This document shows, in pieces, positions 28,323-41,721 of a DNA stretch of 64,000 nucleotides (position 1 is its first letter; every line of letters begins with the position of its first letter). The notes under the pieces are model-generated. The model was given only the letters and a program-made list of their open reading frames with translations. It ran no database searches and was not told the DNA's origin. The stretch comes from Octopus sinensis (lineage: Eukaryota): positions 56,482,001 through 56,546,000 of the forward strand of contig NC_043010.1 in NCBI RefSeq assembly GCF_006345805.1, written 5' to 3'. Position numbers and translations under genes: made by a program.

Positions 28323-29865
28323 CACACATATGCATATGCACACACACACACACACACTTATATATATACAAAGAGAGAGAGAGAAATACCCCCTCCCTCC
28401 ATCCCTGCTGTGTCTGTCTGTTTCATAAACAAATTGTGTAAAAAAACAAAAAAACAGCTGCCAGACTCTTCTCTCACATCAATTAATGTTGTAGTCCATC
28501 CTTACACACACTGTAGGACTAGGAAGGGGCCAGGGCCTAACTCCCACACACACCTTTAAACGCCCTCTACCAGTGCTGCCCTCTTATAGACAGTAAGGAA
28601 CAGATGTATCTCCCTTCCCGTTCTTTATCCCTTGGTCAATGCTAGAATCAATGAGATTCCAGCCAGGCCCATCCTGTTTGATTGACACCCTATACCTTTG
28701 ACTATGTGCTTACGAGTGGGGCTGTACATGGTGACACAACCTGCTGAAAATAACAACTAATGTCCCTTTAAACTGCAGAGTAATGACTTCAAAAAAAGGA
28801 ACAACACATTACATAATGTAATCCTAGATACACATTGACTTAAAATATATGGAATAGTCATGGCAGGAACACCTTTGATTACAGGTCTTCTTAATCAAGG
28901 CTCTGTTTTGTCTAATATGTCCTTCCTTTTTTAAGGCAGAGCCCACTAGGGGCCAGGTGTCCCATTTGAGAATAGCTGCCATTCCCAACTGACAGAGATT
29001 CTGAAAGGGATTGGTAACTCCACCCTCACCATTACCACCTGTCATAGAGAGCCCTTGAAAGGGGTCAGTGACCCTTTCCCTACTGTCTTCTCTACTCCAC
29101 CATCAGTCATTGAGAAGCCCTGAAGGGGTAAATCATTCCACTGTTGTTCTTCTCACTACACCATTTATGAAAATAAGGTCCTGGGTTCAGATCACTGTGA
29201 CAGCACTGTTGCAGTGTGGTTGTGGGCCAGTAATGACTGAGTCTACATTGATTCAGTTTATTAAACTGAAGAGGTGACTGTTAGCTTATCCAGGGGTCCA
29301 TTGCCGCCACCACCACCATCGCCACCACCACCACCACCACAATATGCTAAAGCATAAAATATTGCATCTTAAAGCAGGTCTTAATGTAAAATACAATAAG
29401 AGATGGGGGGGGGTGATCTAAAATGTGTCCACGGTGCCCCTGTTGCTGTCTCCCTAATTAACTGCCACACCCACCTTATCCCCTAGTGCTCTGGGATAAG
29501 CCCTATAAATTAGATCCCTAAAGCAGCTTGCTTGTAACAATGTCCCCTAAACAAAACTGGGTTTGGAGTGGGGAGGCTTGTTTATAATAGCTGCTTCACA
29601 GAATGTCTCAGTGAAGGGGCAGGGGAAGGGCAGCTACTTCACAAGCTCTCTCTCTCTCTCTCCCTCTCTCTCTCTCTCCCTCTCTCTCTATCTATCTCTT
29701 ACAACCATAGTTTGGCAGAGAGAGAGAGAGAGAGTTCATAAATATCCAGATAGATAGATATAGACAGACAGATAGAACAGAACGGGTGCAGATAGATAGC
29801 CGGAACAAGTAATCATATAATCTCTATTTTGGTTATCAACATATGTGCTCTTTCTAAATAATAGT

Positions 29866-29932
<67 letters not shown>

Positions 29933-31107
29933 ATAGGCATAAAAAGCAAACATAAACACATGTATGCACAGAGACATACACTCACCATGTATACATACAT
30001 CCATACACCTCTGCACACACACATTCCCTCCCCATTACTCTGTCCTAATGTCCTAAAATTACTGACAGAGTCCATTTGTGCCCCCCACCCGCCAATAAAC
30101 ATGTCTGAACATTTCAGTCTTCCATTTACATCTGAAACTGAGGGCAGTGGGGGAGGGGCTGGGGTGACACTGGGCGGCGGTGGTGGTGGTGTAAGCAATG
30201 AGGGAGGGGTGGGTCTCCATGTAAAAACATTGTTAATATTGTGTCCCCCCCCTCTACAGACCGGCTTGTTAACATTCCTCTCTTACATTGAGGACATCAC
30301 CTCCACCAACCACCATTAGCACCAGCTCCATCATTATCATTTCCATTTCCAGCATCTTACCATTGTCTGTATGGCTGAGACAGGCACACAGCCGGGGAAG
30401 ATGAGTGTGTGTGTGTGTTCATGCTCACTGGCACTATTCCCCACCTCTTACATGATACTGTTGTTGTTGTTATTGTTGGTGGTGCTGGTGGTGGGGTCAG
30501 ATGGCTGTAATGGTAAAGTGTTGTGCTTTGTCAGGGATTTCACTGAACTGTTGTGAGTTCAAAGCAAACCAGAGTTGATTTGGTTATTCATCTCTCCTTG
30601 GCCAATAATTACTAATTAACTACTGGAGTAGATTTAATCAATTAACTGTAATACCACCACCACCACAGCAACCATTGCAGTGGACATGGTGGTGTTTGTT
30701 GTTGTGTGTTAAATGACTGACCACCACCACCACCACCACCATTACTAGAATTCCATCTTTTGTCTTTTCTTTTCTTAATGTTTATGTGTCAGTCTATCTG
30801 TCTGTCAGTCTATCTGTCTGTCAGTGTCTTTATTTCTACCTTGGTGGGGGGGGGCATGATATCAAATCCTGATATGACATCATCTCACTTTGTTACAAAA
30901 GAATGTTTTCTTTATTAATGTTTAACATTATCCTACATTTCACATCTCACCCCCATTAGATTTCTTACAGCATGCCTGAGCTTTGTAATTTGTACCAGTA
31001 ATACACCAGGACATGTTCCTCTTGTTGCCTTGTCAAAAACAAACGCCCACCACCACCACCACTGTTGCTGCCAGTCTTAGTATAATTGTTGTTGTTGTTG
31101 TTTGCAG

Positions 31108-31173
31108 CTGAGAAGAAAGAAAGTAGCCAACAGAACAATCTCTACCCTCACCAACTGGACCCTACAGGAGCAA
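31108..31173 (+). CDS. FGFRL1: FGFRL1 exon: Ig1-Ig2 linker
   Basis: Acceptor tttgcag, donor gtaagt at 31174, 66 bp, phase 1-1, open frame (P)EKKESSQQNNLYPHQLDPTGA. Phases join the flanking exons. Not present in the ORF track because it is short. Confidence 0.75.
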
Positions 31174-32200
31174 GTAAGTTATTTAGGAGCTGTCATGTCT
31201 TCTCTCTATTCTTCAGAGATTTTCTAGTTTCATTCACTCCCTTTAAAATGACATTCCAGCTATGACCATCCTATCTTACAGTGAAGACTTCTTTATCCCA
31301 AGGAAAATGTGAAGGACATTTAGCTGAAGTTTCTATCATGTCAGATAACATTGTAAAGGTTGTATCCCCCCTCCCCTCTAAATAACATTGATCCAAACCA
31401 CTACGCTACAGCCTATACCATTCTAATAACCATCAACATTGGCAATGGACTCCACACTCGCCTTAACAAAATAATGACCACCACCTCCAACTACCTGTCA
31501 GGTTGCTAAGACTAAGTAATATAGAGGAACAACACTCCAGAATTTACTATTGGAATACAACAGGGATTCATTCTCTCTCCCATTTTTAAACCTGTCTTCA
31601 CAACCTCACACATTACACTGCTTTGGAAAAAATTTGGTTCCACAAAGACAGATTGAAAGTAACACCTACCGAATCTATTGTCTACAACAACAACAGCAGA
31701 CATCAAATACAAGCAACTACATAACAGTCAACAACATAAACACACACACAGAAGAGTCATATTATATATCATCATCATCATCATTATCATTTAATGTCCA
31801 TTTTCCATGCTGGCATGGCTTGGACGGATTGTCAGGAGCTGGCAAGCCAGGGGACTACAACAAGTTCCAGTTGTCAGTTTTATGGCTGGATGCTCTTCCT
31901 GACACCAACCTGGGCATCCAGCCCTACAAACCATGCCAAACCAGACAACTGGAGCTTGGTGTGGCCCTCCTGGAGCAATCCCTGAGCATCAGAAAGAAAC
32001 AACAAAAATGTCAACAATACATTAAGACCCCCCCCCTCACCCGCCATTCATGGATTCAGCTAATCCTTCTTTATGGTGTGGGGTGCATAGGGAGCAGTTC
32101 TACTCAAGATCTTCACAATCTTTCTTCCCCCCCCCTCACCCAGTAGCATTAATACAATTAGTTGTACGTGTATAGATGTGTGTTGAGCTGAACAGTGGCC

Positions 32201-32714
32201 TTAAAGTAAAGGGTCCTTTCTTTGTTTTGAAGCTGTCTGTCTGTCCCCTTAAAGTAAAGGGTCCTTTCTTTGTTTTGAAGCTGTCTGTCTGTCCCCTTAA
32301 AGTAAAGGGTCCTTTCTTTGTTTTGAAGCTGTCTGTCTGTCCCCTTAAAATAAAGGGTCCTTTCTTTGTTTTGAAGCTGTCTGTCTGTCCCCTTAAAGTA
32401 AAGGGTCCTTTCTTTGTTTTGAAGCTGTCTGTCTGTCCCCTTAAAGTAAAGGGTCCTTTCTTTGTTTTGAAGCTGTCTGTCTGTCCCCTTAAAGTAAAGG
32501 GTCCTTTCTTTGTTTTGAAGCTGTCTGTCTGTCCCCTTAAAATAAAGGGTCCTTTCTTTGTTTTGAAGCTGTCTGTCTGTCCCCTTAAAGTAAAGGGTCC
32601 TTTCTTTGTTTTGACGCTGTCTGTCTGTCCCCTTAAAGTAAAGGGTCCTTTCTTTGTTTTGAAGCTGTCTGTCTGTCCCCTTAAAATAAAGGGTCCTTTC
32701 TTTGTTTTGAAGCT
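32201..32714. repeat. 48-bp minisatellite, 10 full units plus 1 partial, overlapping the Ig2 splice acceptor
   Basis: Unit ttaaagtaaagggtcctttctttgttttgaagctgtctgtctgtcccc starts at 32201+48n. Units 4, 8 and 11 carry aaaata; unit 9 carries gacg. Confidence 0.97.
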
Positions 32715-33003
32715 GAGCCCCGTTTCCTGCACCTGAGTAAGATGAAAAAAAAGTCAATCCCGCGCCCGGTTGGAAGTTCCATAAGGTTCCGATGTCGAGC
32801 AAGTGGTAACCCACGGCCGGAGATACAATGGCTGAAGGATGGTCAGATGTGGACATCTGATAACATGGGCAACTATCAGGACAGTAGACTCCGTTGGACG
32901 TTAAAGATTGATGATTTACGACAAGAGGACAGTGGCCAGTACACTTGTGTGGTCACTAACATCCATGGTACCATCAATTATACATATTCTCTGGAAGTTG
33001 TCG
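32713..33003 (+). CDS. FGFRL1: FGFRL1 exon: Ig domain 2
   Basis: Acceptor ttttgaag (ag 32711-12), donor gtaagt at 33004, 291 bp, phase 1-1. Encodes EPRFLHLSKMKKKSIPRPVGSSIRFRCRASGNPRPEIQWLKDG...DSGQYTCVVTNIHGTINYTYSLEVV, with the basic patch typical of FGFRL1 Ig2. Confidence 0.93.
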
Positions 33004-33291
33004 GTAAGTGACAACATCTTTCTTCAAATGCACCTTTTTTTTCTCTGTGTGTCATTACATCTGTCATTACATCTGTTTAACTCTTTGTCTCCAGTCTTAG
33101 ACATCTTTTCTCCTTTATTACATCTTTATCTGTCCCCCATCACTATCAACATCAACAACATTATAACCATCACTATCATCATCATCATTACCTCCACCAT
33201 CATCATCAACATCACCAACATCATCATTACTGAAACTCGTATTAAAACTATTATTATTTCCTCTCTTCACAATCCTATTTGTGTTTTTCAG

Positions 33292-33410
33292 AAAAAGTTC
33301 AAAGAAAGCCGCAGCTGCTGCCGCCACACCCCCTCAACCAAACGGCTCAAAGGGGGGAGCAGGCGTCATTCCAGTGTCATGTCAAAAGTGAAGTCCAACC
33401 TCACATAAAA
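33292..33410 (+). CDS. FGFRL1: FGFRL1 exon: first half of Ig domain 3
   Basis: Acceptor ttttcag, donor gtaaga at 33411, 119 bp, phase 1-0. Encodes KVQRKPQLLPPHPLNQTAQRGEQASFQCHVKSEVQPHIK. Confidence 0.92.
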
Positions 33411-33779
33411 GTAAGATGGTGCAACCTGCCAACCCCCATCCTCCACAATGTGTCATCTCACTGTAAGACTCTGCTTCTTGTTTTGTTCCAGAGTGGCTCT
33501 AATCAAGACATTCCAGCTGTGACCATCCTATCTTTGTTTTATGGTGTATATGTGTCTAGAATGCATTATCTACACAAGTTGAGCAAAATAACAGAGACTC
33601 TTTGTTAAATGGAAGTTTTTATTGAGTAAGATGGAGTTGGTCCAACTTTGGCATTAATCACAGTTTTCATGCATCAAAGAATTCACTCATACAAGTTCTG
33701 GACGGTTCCAGCCATTCTTTTAGAAAAGCCTGCTTTAGTTCTTTCTGCAACAATAATAGGGGAGTGAAACAGCCCTTCA

Positions 33780-34440
33780 TTTGCCGCTCCTAAATGTACC
33801 CTAAATGTTTGATTCTATTGAGATCCAGGGATTGTTGGGGGCCAATCCCAATCCGAGTGATTCATTTCGTCTTTGTGCTCTTCCCATAAATTCCGAATAA
33901 CATTGGCCACGTGAATCAGTGCATTGTCATCCTGGAAGCTTGTTTGACCATCAGGGAATAAGGACCATGTCCAGAGGATGGACATGGTCAGCCAAAATAC
34001 TCAGATAATCCTTGGCATTGACTCTGCCGTGTAGAACAACGAAACAGCCAAGAGAATTCCATGATACGTCTGCCCAAATCTTCACAGAGTCAGCTCTATG
34101 ATTCATGGTAGGGACCAAAGAGTCAGGGCTGAAGCCTTCTTTGGACTGTCTCCAAAGTGGGGAAAAGGGGTGAATGATGATTCATCAAAGAAGATAACAT
34201 TGTTCCATTGAGCCATTGACCACTTCTGATGGTCTGGACACTCCTTTGCGGTTTATCAATGTTGATGCAGACCAAAAGAGATTTAGCACTTGCAGCCGTC
34301 CCATGGTATTTAGTTCTAGGGAGCTCATAAATGGTTTGCGTTGACACAGGGTCAGCAAAGGCGGAGTTTTTAGCTCCTTTCTCATTTGTACTGTCATAGT
34401 TCAATGGCTTTTAGACATAATATATACTTCTTTATTCTTC
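33780..34440 (-). mobile_element. Tc1-like transposase relic in an FGFRL1 intron
   Basis: Minus-strand frames give FDESSFT, FQDDNALIH and (frameshifted) PQSLDLNRIKHL. Stops are present and TIRs were not resolved. Confidence 0.75.
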
Positions 34441-35024
34441 AGTCCATTTCTGTGAAGTCCTTGTTGCAATAACAGACTGCATCTTTATGCAAATAGAAAT
34501 GTTGTGGACCACCACATCATTTTCACTTACCCTGGAGACATCAGGCTGTCTGGGTGCCCTGTTTAGGGCAGTAACAGTGTGAGTAGCTCTGTCAGTGGAG
34601 CTGAAGGGCTATTTAGTGGATAGCAGGAACCTAGTCCCTTAAACCATCTGACTGTGATCCTTTGTGATTGTAGCATGCAGGTGTGTACCCTAATGTAAGG
34701 GAAGGGCAGGTAGGACCCTGTAGATGTAAGGTGCATCTGTAATCACTAGAGTGGGAGGAACCTGGGTGGTTGTGATGTTGGTTCTGTGTTGGACACAATT
34801 AATTTGTAAAGGTGAGAGTTTGACTGAGTTTTGTGATGAGGCAGAAGAGGAGAAAGCTAACAGATTGTTTTCATGTGAAGGAGTTGCTATAGTAACGGGA
34901 TGAGGGTGGGATGGGAGTAAACATATGAAGTGGGTGGATTAATGTGTTATAGGTCAAGGGGTCAAAGTTTAGTGTGTATAGACAGTGGTCAGTATACAGT
35001 GTAGTATGTATATATAAACTGTGC

Positions 35025-35058
<34 letters not shown>

Positions 35059-35119
35059 AACTGTGCATGTGTAGTGGTCAGTGATGTGTATGCTCTATGT
35101 TAATATACACCAGACTATT

Positions 35120-35150
<31 letters not shown>

Positions 35151-35802
35151 TTGACTTGTTTAACCCTTTTGTTACTGTATTTATTTTGAGATGCTCTGTG
35201 TTTCTTTCAATTACATTAAATATAACAAAGAATTTAGTAAAATAACTTAGTTATCATTCAGCTAGTGTTAGCAACATAAATTGTGACTAAGGTTTGGTGG
35301 AAGATTTTGATTCAAAACTTACAAAAACAAGACATTTGTACTACAGAGCCAGAGCCGGTTTCAGCCGGGTTGGTAACGAAAGGGTTAATGTCAACTTCTC
35401 AGATACATCCTCCCTCTCATTATCTACACCCAACAATCTCCTTTATTATATTCACTCAGCGTTTCTACCACCATCACTACTACTGTCAAGTCTGTGTCAC
35501 TGATGAGTTCTAATACAGTCAAACATGTTTGCAGTTATCTCCCTTATTTCATGAATTCCTTGGAGTATGATAAATCATTGACTAATACTGTATTTTCCTC
35601 TTTATATAATAATATTTAATTAAGTATCTACTGCTCTCTCTCACGTAATTATCTTAGCACTAATTATATCTCATTATCTAACAACTATTGTATATCTGTG
35701 TGTGTTGGTTAAACTCTCACTTTCTCTCTTTTTACCTAAACATTCAACTATTTGCATATGTGTTTATGTACATCTATCTGTCTATCCACCAATGAATCTA
35801 TA

Positions 35803-35851
<49 letters not shown>

Positions 35852-35965
35852 CACATACACACATATATATATTAGACATTAAACTGACCGATCACCTGTG
35901 TCCATTTTTAGTCTTCTGCCTCATTCCAAGAAATGTAACCTCGTTTCTCCCTTCTCCGTTTCCAG

Positions 35966-36203
35966 TGGCTGAAATGGGTCGATGACCCCTCCACCCTTTC
36001 CAATGTCAACCACACCATTGAAGTGAAAGGCCGGAAATTTGTTGTACTAAAATCTGGTGAAAACTGGAAACGACCGGATGGTTCTTACGTGAATAAATTG
36101 ACACTAAAAAGGATCACATCAGAAGATTCAGGATTATACATATGTTTAGGGGCCACAAGTCTCGGGATCAGCAGCCGACAGGCTTTCCTGAAAGTGCATC
36201 CAG
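35966..36203 (+). CDS. FGFRL1: FGFRL1 exon: second half of Ig domain 3
   Basis: Acceptor ttccag, donor gtattc at 36204, 238 bp, phase 0-1. Encodes WLKWVDD...IEVKGRKFVVLKSGENWKRPDGSYVNKL...DSGLYICLGATSLG..RQAFLKVHP. The KFVVL...W.RPDGSY.NKL stretch is diagnostic of FGFRL1. Confidence 0.95.
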
Positions 36204-37049
36204 GTATTCTTAACTTTTATTTTTGTTGTGGTTTTTTGTTATGTTTTTTTTTTGTTTTTTTAATTCCTTTATGATTAGAAGAACAGTTCTTACTTTACCC
36301 CAACTCCTCTGCAGACCTGATGAGATGATGGGAGGAAATTATCCTCCAACTGGAAACCTGGTCCTTATACTTGCAACAGATTGTACCACACTAAAAGCAG
36401 CCAACAGTAAATGAACCCTTCAAAACCAGGAAGCAGCCCCATTCTCCAAGGGTTTCCTCAACTAATGCTTCATTCAATGTTGAAATTATGAAAGAAGACC
36501 CTCAACCATGGTGCCACACTGTGGGATTGAACCTAAAACCATGTGCCTGACATGTGAGCTTCTTAACCACACAGTCATCCCTGTGCCCAGTCATTAGAGG
36601 GATTGTGGCCACACTGGAGTACTGCCCTCAAGGGTTTCAGTCAATCCCAGAACTGGTGAACACATTGCTCTCATACCAACTGGTCACTCAGACATTGCTA
36701 CAGTCAATGAAATGCTGCTGCCCATTATCAAGTTGTTCATACAATGTCACTAGGGGGCGTTCAGTATATATCATCATCATCATCATCATCATTGTTTAAC
36801 ACCTGTTTTCCATGCTGGCATGGGTTGGATGGTTTGACATGGAGCTCGCCAGACACCAGTTGTCTGTTTTGGCAGGTTTTCTGCAGCTGGGTGCCCTTCC
36901 ATATGCCAATCACTTTGGAAAGTCTGCTGGGTGCTTTTAATGTGCCACTGGCACAGGTGCCTCTATGCAGCACTAGCACGAGTGCATTTTATGTTGCACC
37001 AGCACCTGTAAAGGACAAGCCTGTATGTGTGGAAGAGCCCAGCAAGCAA

Positions 37050-37400
37050 AGATCCTTTCTCACCACTTTATCCCATGTCTTCCTGGGTCTACCCCTTCCA
37101 CAAGTTCCCTCCACAATTAGAGCTCAGCACATCTTTACGCAGCTCTCCTCATCCATATGCATGACATGACCAAACCAACAGAGTCTTCTCTCTTGCTTCG
37201 TATACCGGTTTCCTTCTTTAATCATTTCCACTCTGTCATATGTGCACCCTGACATTACCCATCCAGCAGAGCATGCTAGTTTCAGTTCTTTCAAGCCTTC
37301 ACAAGTCCTCTGTTGTCAAAGCCCATGTTTCACTGCCATGTAACATAACTGTATGTACACCGGCCTCATACAATCTGTCATTCACTCTGAGGACAAGGCC
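37050..37400 (-). mobile_element. RTE-type LINE 3' fragment
   Basis: RLYEAGVHTVMLHGSETWAL in the 37299-37721 minus-strand ORF. Similar to 22780-23110. Confidence 0.65.
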
Positions 37401-37502
37401 CTTATATGCACACATATGCACAAACACACACATGCATTCATTTACCCACATAGCAGAGTAAAAAAGATGTAACTTATGCATACATACATGCACACATGCA
37501 GG

Positions 37503-37533
<31 letters not shown>

Positions 37534-37590
37534 GCACAAATACACCTAAAACTGTTTTGTAACCCTTTTCTTTCTTCTTTTACTTCACAG

Positions 37591-37925
37591 ATCCAAAGCT
37601 TTATCGACCAAACCAAAAAATTCCTCCGTCCACCTCCGGAATCCCTCTCCTCGCCATCTGTATTCCTGTTGTTATGCTTGCCATTATTATTGGAGCTGTA
37701 TTCCTTGGTATCCGATGCCATGGTTGCTGTTCACAGACTTCACACAGCTCCAACCACCAACATGTCCAGCACCTTCCTGTACCGACTAGCCACCATGAGT
37801 ACCCAGTCAACTACCCACAGATGTCCGCCTACCACACCCCAAACATCCATGCTGGCTCCAGCAGTATGTCCGGCAGCTCCAGCTGCCGCGTCGCATCGTC
37901 CTCCATTCCTCCACTCCGTCACTAA
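37591..37925 (+). CDS. FGFRL1: FGFRL1 last coding exon: juxtamembrane, TM helix, 70-aa cytoplasmic tail, stop
   Basis: Acceptor cttcacag, phase 1. Encodes (D)PKLYRP...IPLLAICIPVVMLAIIIGAVFLGI-RCHGCC...PPLRH, with TAA at 37923-25. No kinase domain follows. Confidence 0.9.
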
Positions 37926-38289
37926 TGCCAACACAACTAGAGACAAACTCTTTTACAGTGGCTGAGTAGAGGCACGTAGATATGGCAGGGTGCCACCTGT
38001 GACACACAGACAAACTCTATTCTTTAAGTAAAACTGCTGAAGACAACCAAAAATATGGGGGGATGGGGGAACAGCTTTTCTGGAATCTTCTCTTGCCAAA
38101 CTCCTGACCTTGAGGAGGCACGCAACGATGGCGTGAAGAAGGAACTGACCAAGGAAAATTGATTTCTTGAATCTTTTAAGACACAAAAGAAAGAAAGGAA
38201 AAAAAGCACACAAACTATGGAATTATACACATACCTGCATTCATATATACACACACTGCTCAAGTTGTATATACAAGAACATATTTTAA

Positions 38290-39405
<1,116 letters not shown>

Positions 39406-39645
39406 CATGACAATGGAAACTATTTTCAGGCATCGAACTTTCCCTTTCCCAATTGTACAAATATTTTATTTTACAACATTTTCTGTTTTTTTGATAAAAA
39501 TTCCTCCCTGCTGTCACACAGACAAACACACACACACTCATAATCAGAAGGCAATAGGTATGTTCCTCAACTGACATCCATATGCATACCCATACATATA
39601 TGTGTGTGTGTTCGTGTGTGTATATATATATATATAGATACACAT

Positions 39646-39680
<35 letters not shown>

Positions 39681-40122
39681 CATAGACACATGCATATACA
39701 TACACAATACATATATACACATGTGTGTGTGTTCACAAGACACCAAACTTAATAGCAATGCGTAATAACAGAGAGAAGGCAGTGAGTTGCCGGGCGAAAT
39801 GCTTCGTGATATTTTATTGGTCTTTACATTCTGAGTTCAAATTCCATTGAGGTTGACTTCACCTTTCGTCCTTTTGGGGTCAATACAATAAGTACCAGTT
39901 GAGCCTTGGAGGGTCAATATAATTGACTGACCACCCCCCTCACCTGGCCTTGTGCCAAAATTTGAAACCGAAATATAAGAGAGAACACCTCATCAATTAA
40001 ATGGTGTTATATATTGATTTAGTAGCCACAATATATAAAATGTATATAAATGCAGATATATATATATATATATATATACATACACACATGCACACACATA
40101 TATATATGTCTTTTTTCTAGAC

Positions 40123-40128
40123 AATAAA
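40123..40128 (+). promoter_or_regulatory. Candidate FGFRL1 polyadenylation signal
   Basis: First canonical AATAAA I noticed downstream of the stop codon. No transcript evidence. Confidence 0.3.
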
Positions 40129-40204
40129 ACTTTGTTTCAACACAAATTCACTGAGAATCTTGCAAACTACATACATAAATGAAGCGTGTGTGTATATATA
40201 TGTA

Positions 40205-41030
40205 CAGGGTGAGGTGAATATATTGACTAAATTACACAAAATTGAAAATACCACTGACATCTCATTTTAACAGATATATTTACCAAAATTACATAAAAAT
40301 ATCTTGAAATACTAAAGAGTAAATTTATGCAATAAAATCGCCATTGATTTCAACCACAGTCTCCAGACGACTTTGGAATCTCTTGCAACTCTTCTGGACG
40401 GTCTCCTTGTTTAAGTTGGTAAATGCTTCCATAATCCTTGCCTTCAGTTCATCTTTGGTGTTACAAAGAGTTTTGTTGGTCTCTCACTCAACTGTGCCCC
40501 ACACATAATAACCAAAGGGGTTGCAGTCTGGGAAGTTAGGAGGCCAGTTGTTAGGAGTGGTGTGATTGCAGAAATTACTTAACAGCCATGACAGGGTTCT
40601 CCTGCTTGTGTAATAAGGTGCAGAGTCCTGTTGCCAGACATAGGGTCTTCCAGCAGCCACTCTCTTGACTCAGGGTAGCATTACCTGCTCCATGCACTTG
40701 ATGAATGGAAGCATAATGTTGCCATGATGCTGACTGAATGTTTGATCTTTAATACTCTCGGTACATGTTTTGGGGACACAGCAAGCCAGCGATTATTCAG
40801 TATGTTCACCATCTGTTCGTATTGGAGCTTCTGGTACCAATGCCAAGTAGTACAGCATGTCATTTCCAAATTTCTGGCTGAGTGAATAGTATCATGGTGC
40901 TGTTTTTCTCACAGATGGTGCCCAACTGACCCTACTATACTGTGTAGTCAACAAAATCAAAAACAAACAATGCACATGTGTGAAATAAAAAATATAAAAT
41001 AGTGACAATTTACCCATCACACCCTCTGTG
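40205..41030 (-). mobile_element. Internally deleted maT-like (DD37D) Tc1/mariner element
   Basis: TA-flanked imperfect TIRs (cagggtgaggtgaatatattgact / agtgacaatttacccatcacaccctctgtg). The minus strand encodes WQQDSAP...WPPNFPDCNPF(G)YYVWG, with 37 residues between the second Asp and the mutated third-Asp position. Confidence 0.8.
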
Positions 41031-41685
41031 TATATATATAAATATATACGTATATGATGCCAACAGGGAAACATGAGTATATTCCCATTTTTAAATAATA
41101 ATTAGTGAAGTTACAGAGTGACTCAAGAACCAAGATTTTTCTGCATTAACCCTTCAAACACACACACACACACACACACCTATACATTACTAGTGTGTTA
41201 ACTGTTTCCTTGCTGTTATCTCCTCTGCAGGATATCCTTATGGTTTTTGACCAACATTGGATTTTACACCTTGCATCCATCAGAACATAGTGATGGGGAA
41301 GAATTTTATAGATGTTTTTTGTGGTACACACACACACACTTATATTTATATGGATGTGTGCTTATGAATGCATCTGTATATATACATATAAAGACATTTA
41401 TATTATGTGTTTATAAAGACATTTATCTTATGCACACACAAGTCTATTGTGTGTGTGTGTAGAAAAATAGACTGACCTAAAATCTCAACTGTAAATAGTG
41501 TGTGTATGTGTGTATGTTAATGCATGCGGGTATGTTTCCCTGGTGCATGTGTGTTCTCTCTGTGACACAGTTCCCTTACAGCTGTAGCTGGCCACGTCAC
41601 ACCCTGTGCGTATGCAGCTGTGCTTATTTGCCAAACAAGTGTAGTCCTAGTAGTGACAGTGCAGTGTCTGGGATTCTATCTACAC

Positions 41686-41721
<36 letters not shown>

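Noticed and set aside
32201-32714. CRISPR-like regular repeat
   Set aside because: Units are contiguous with no unique spacers, the context is eukaryotic, and there are no cas genes.
32136-32856. 186-232 aa repetitive ORFs (KTKKGPFTLRGQTDSF etc.)
   Set aside because: Open frames arise because the 48-bp VNTR unit is a multiple of 3. The region is intronic up to 32712.
33411-37590. Alternative IIIb/IIIc-like Ig3 exon
   Set aside because: No second paralogous exon is visible in either flanking intron.
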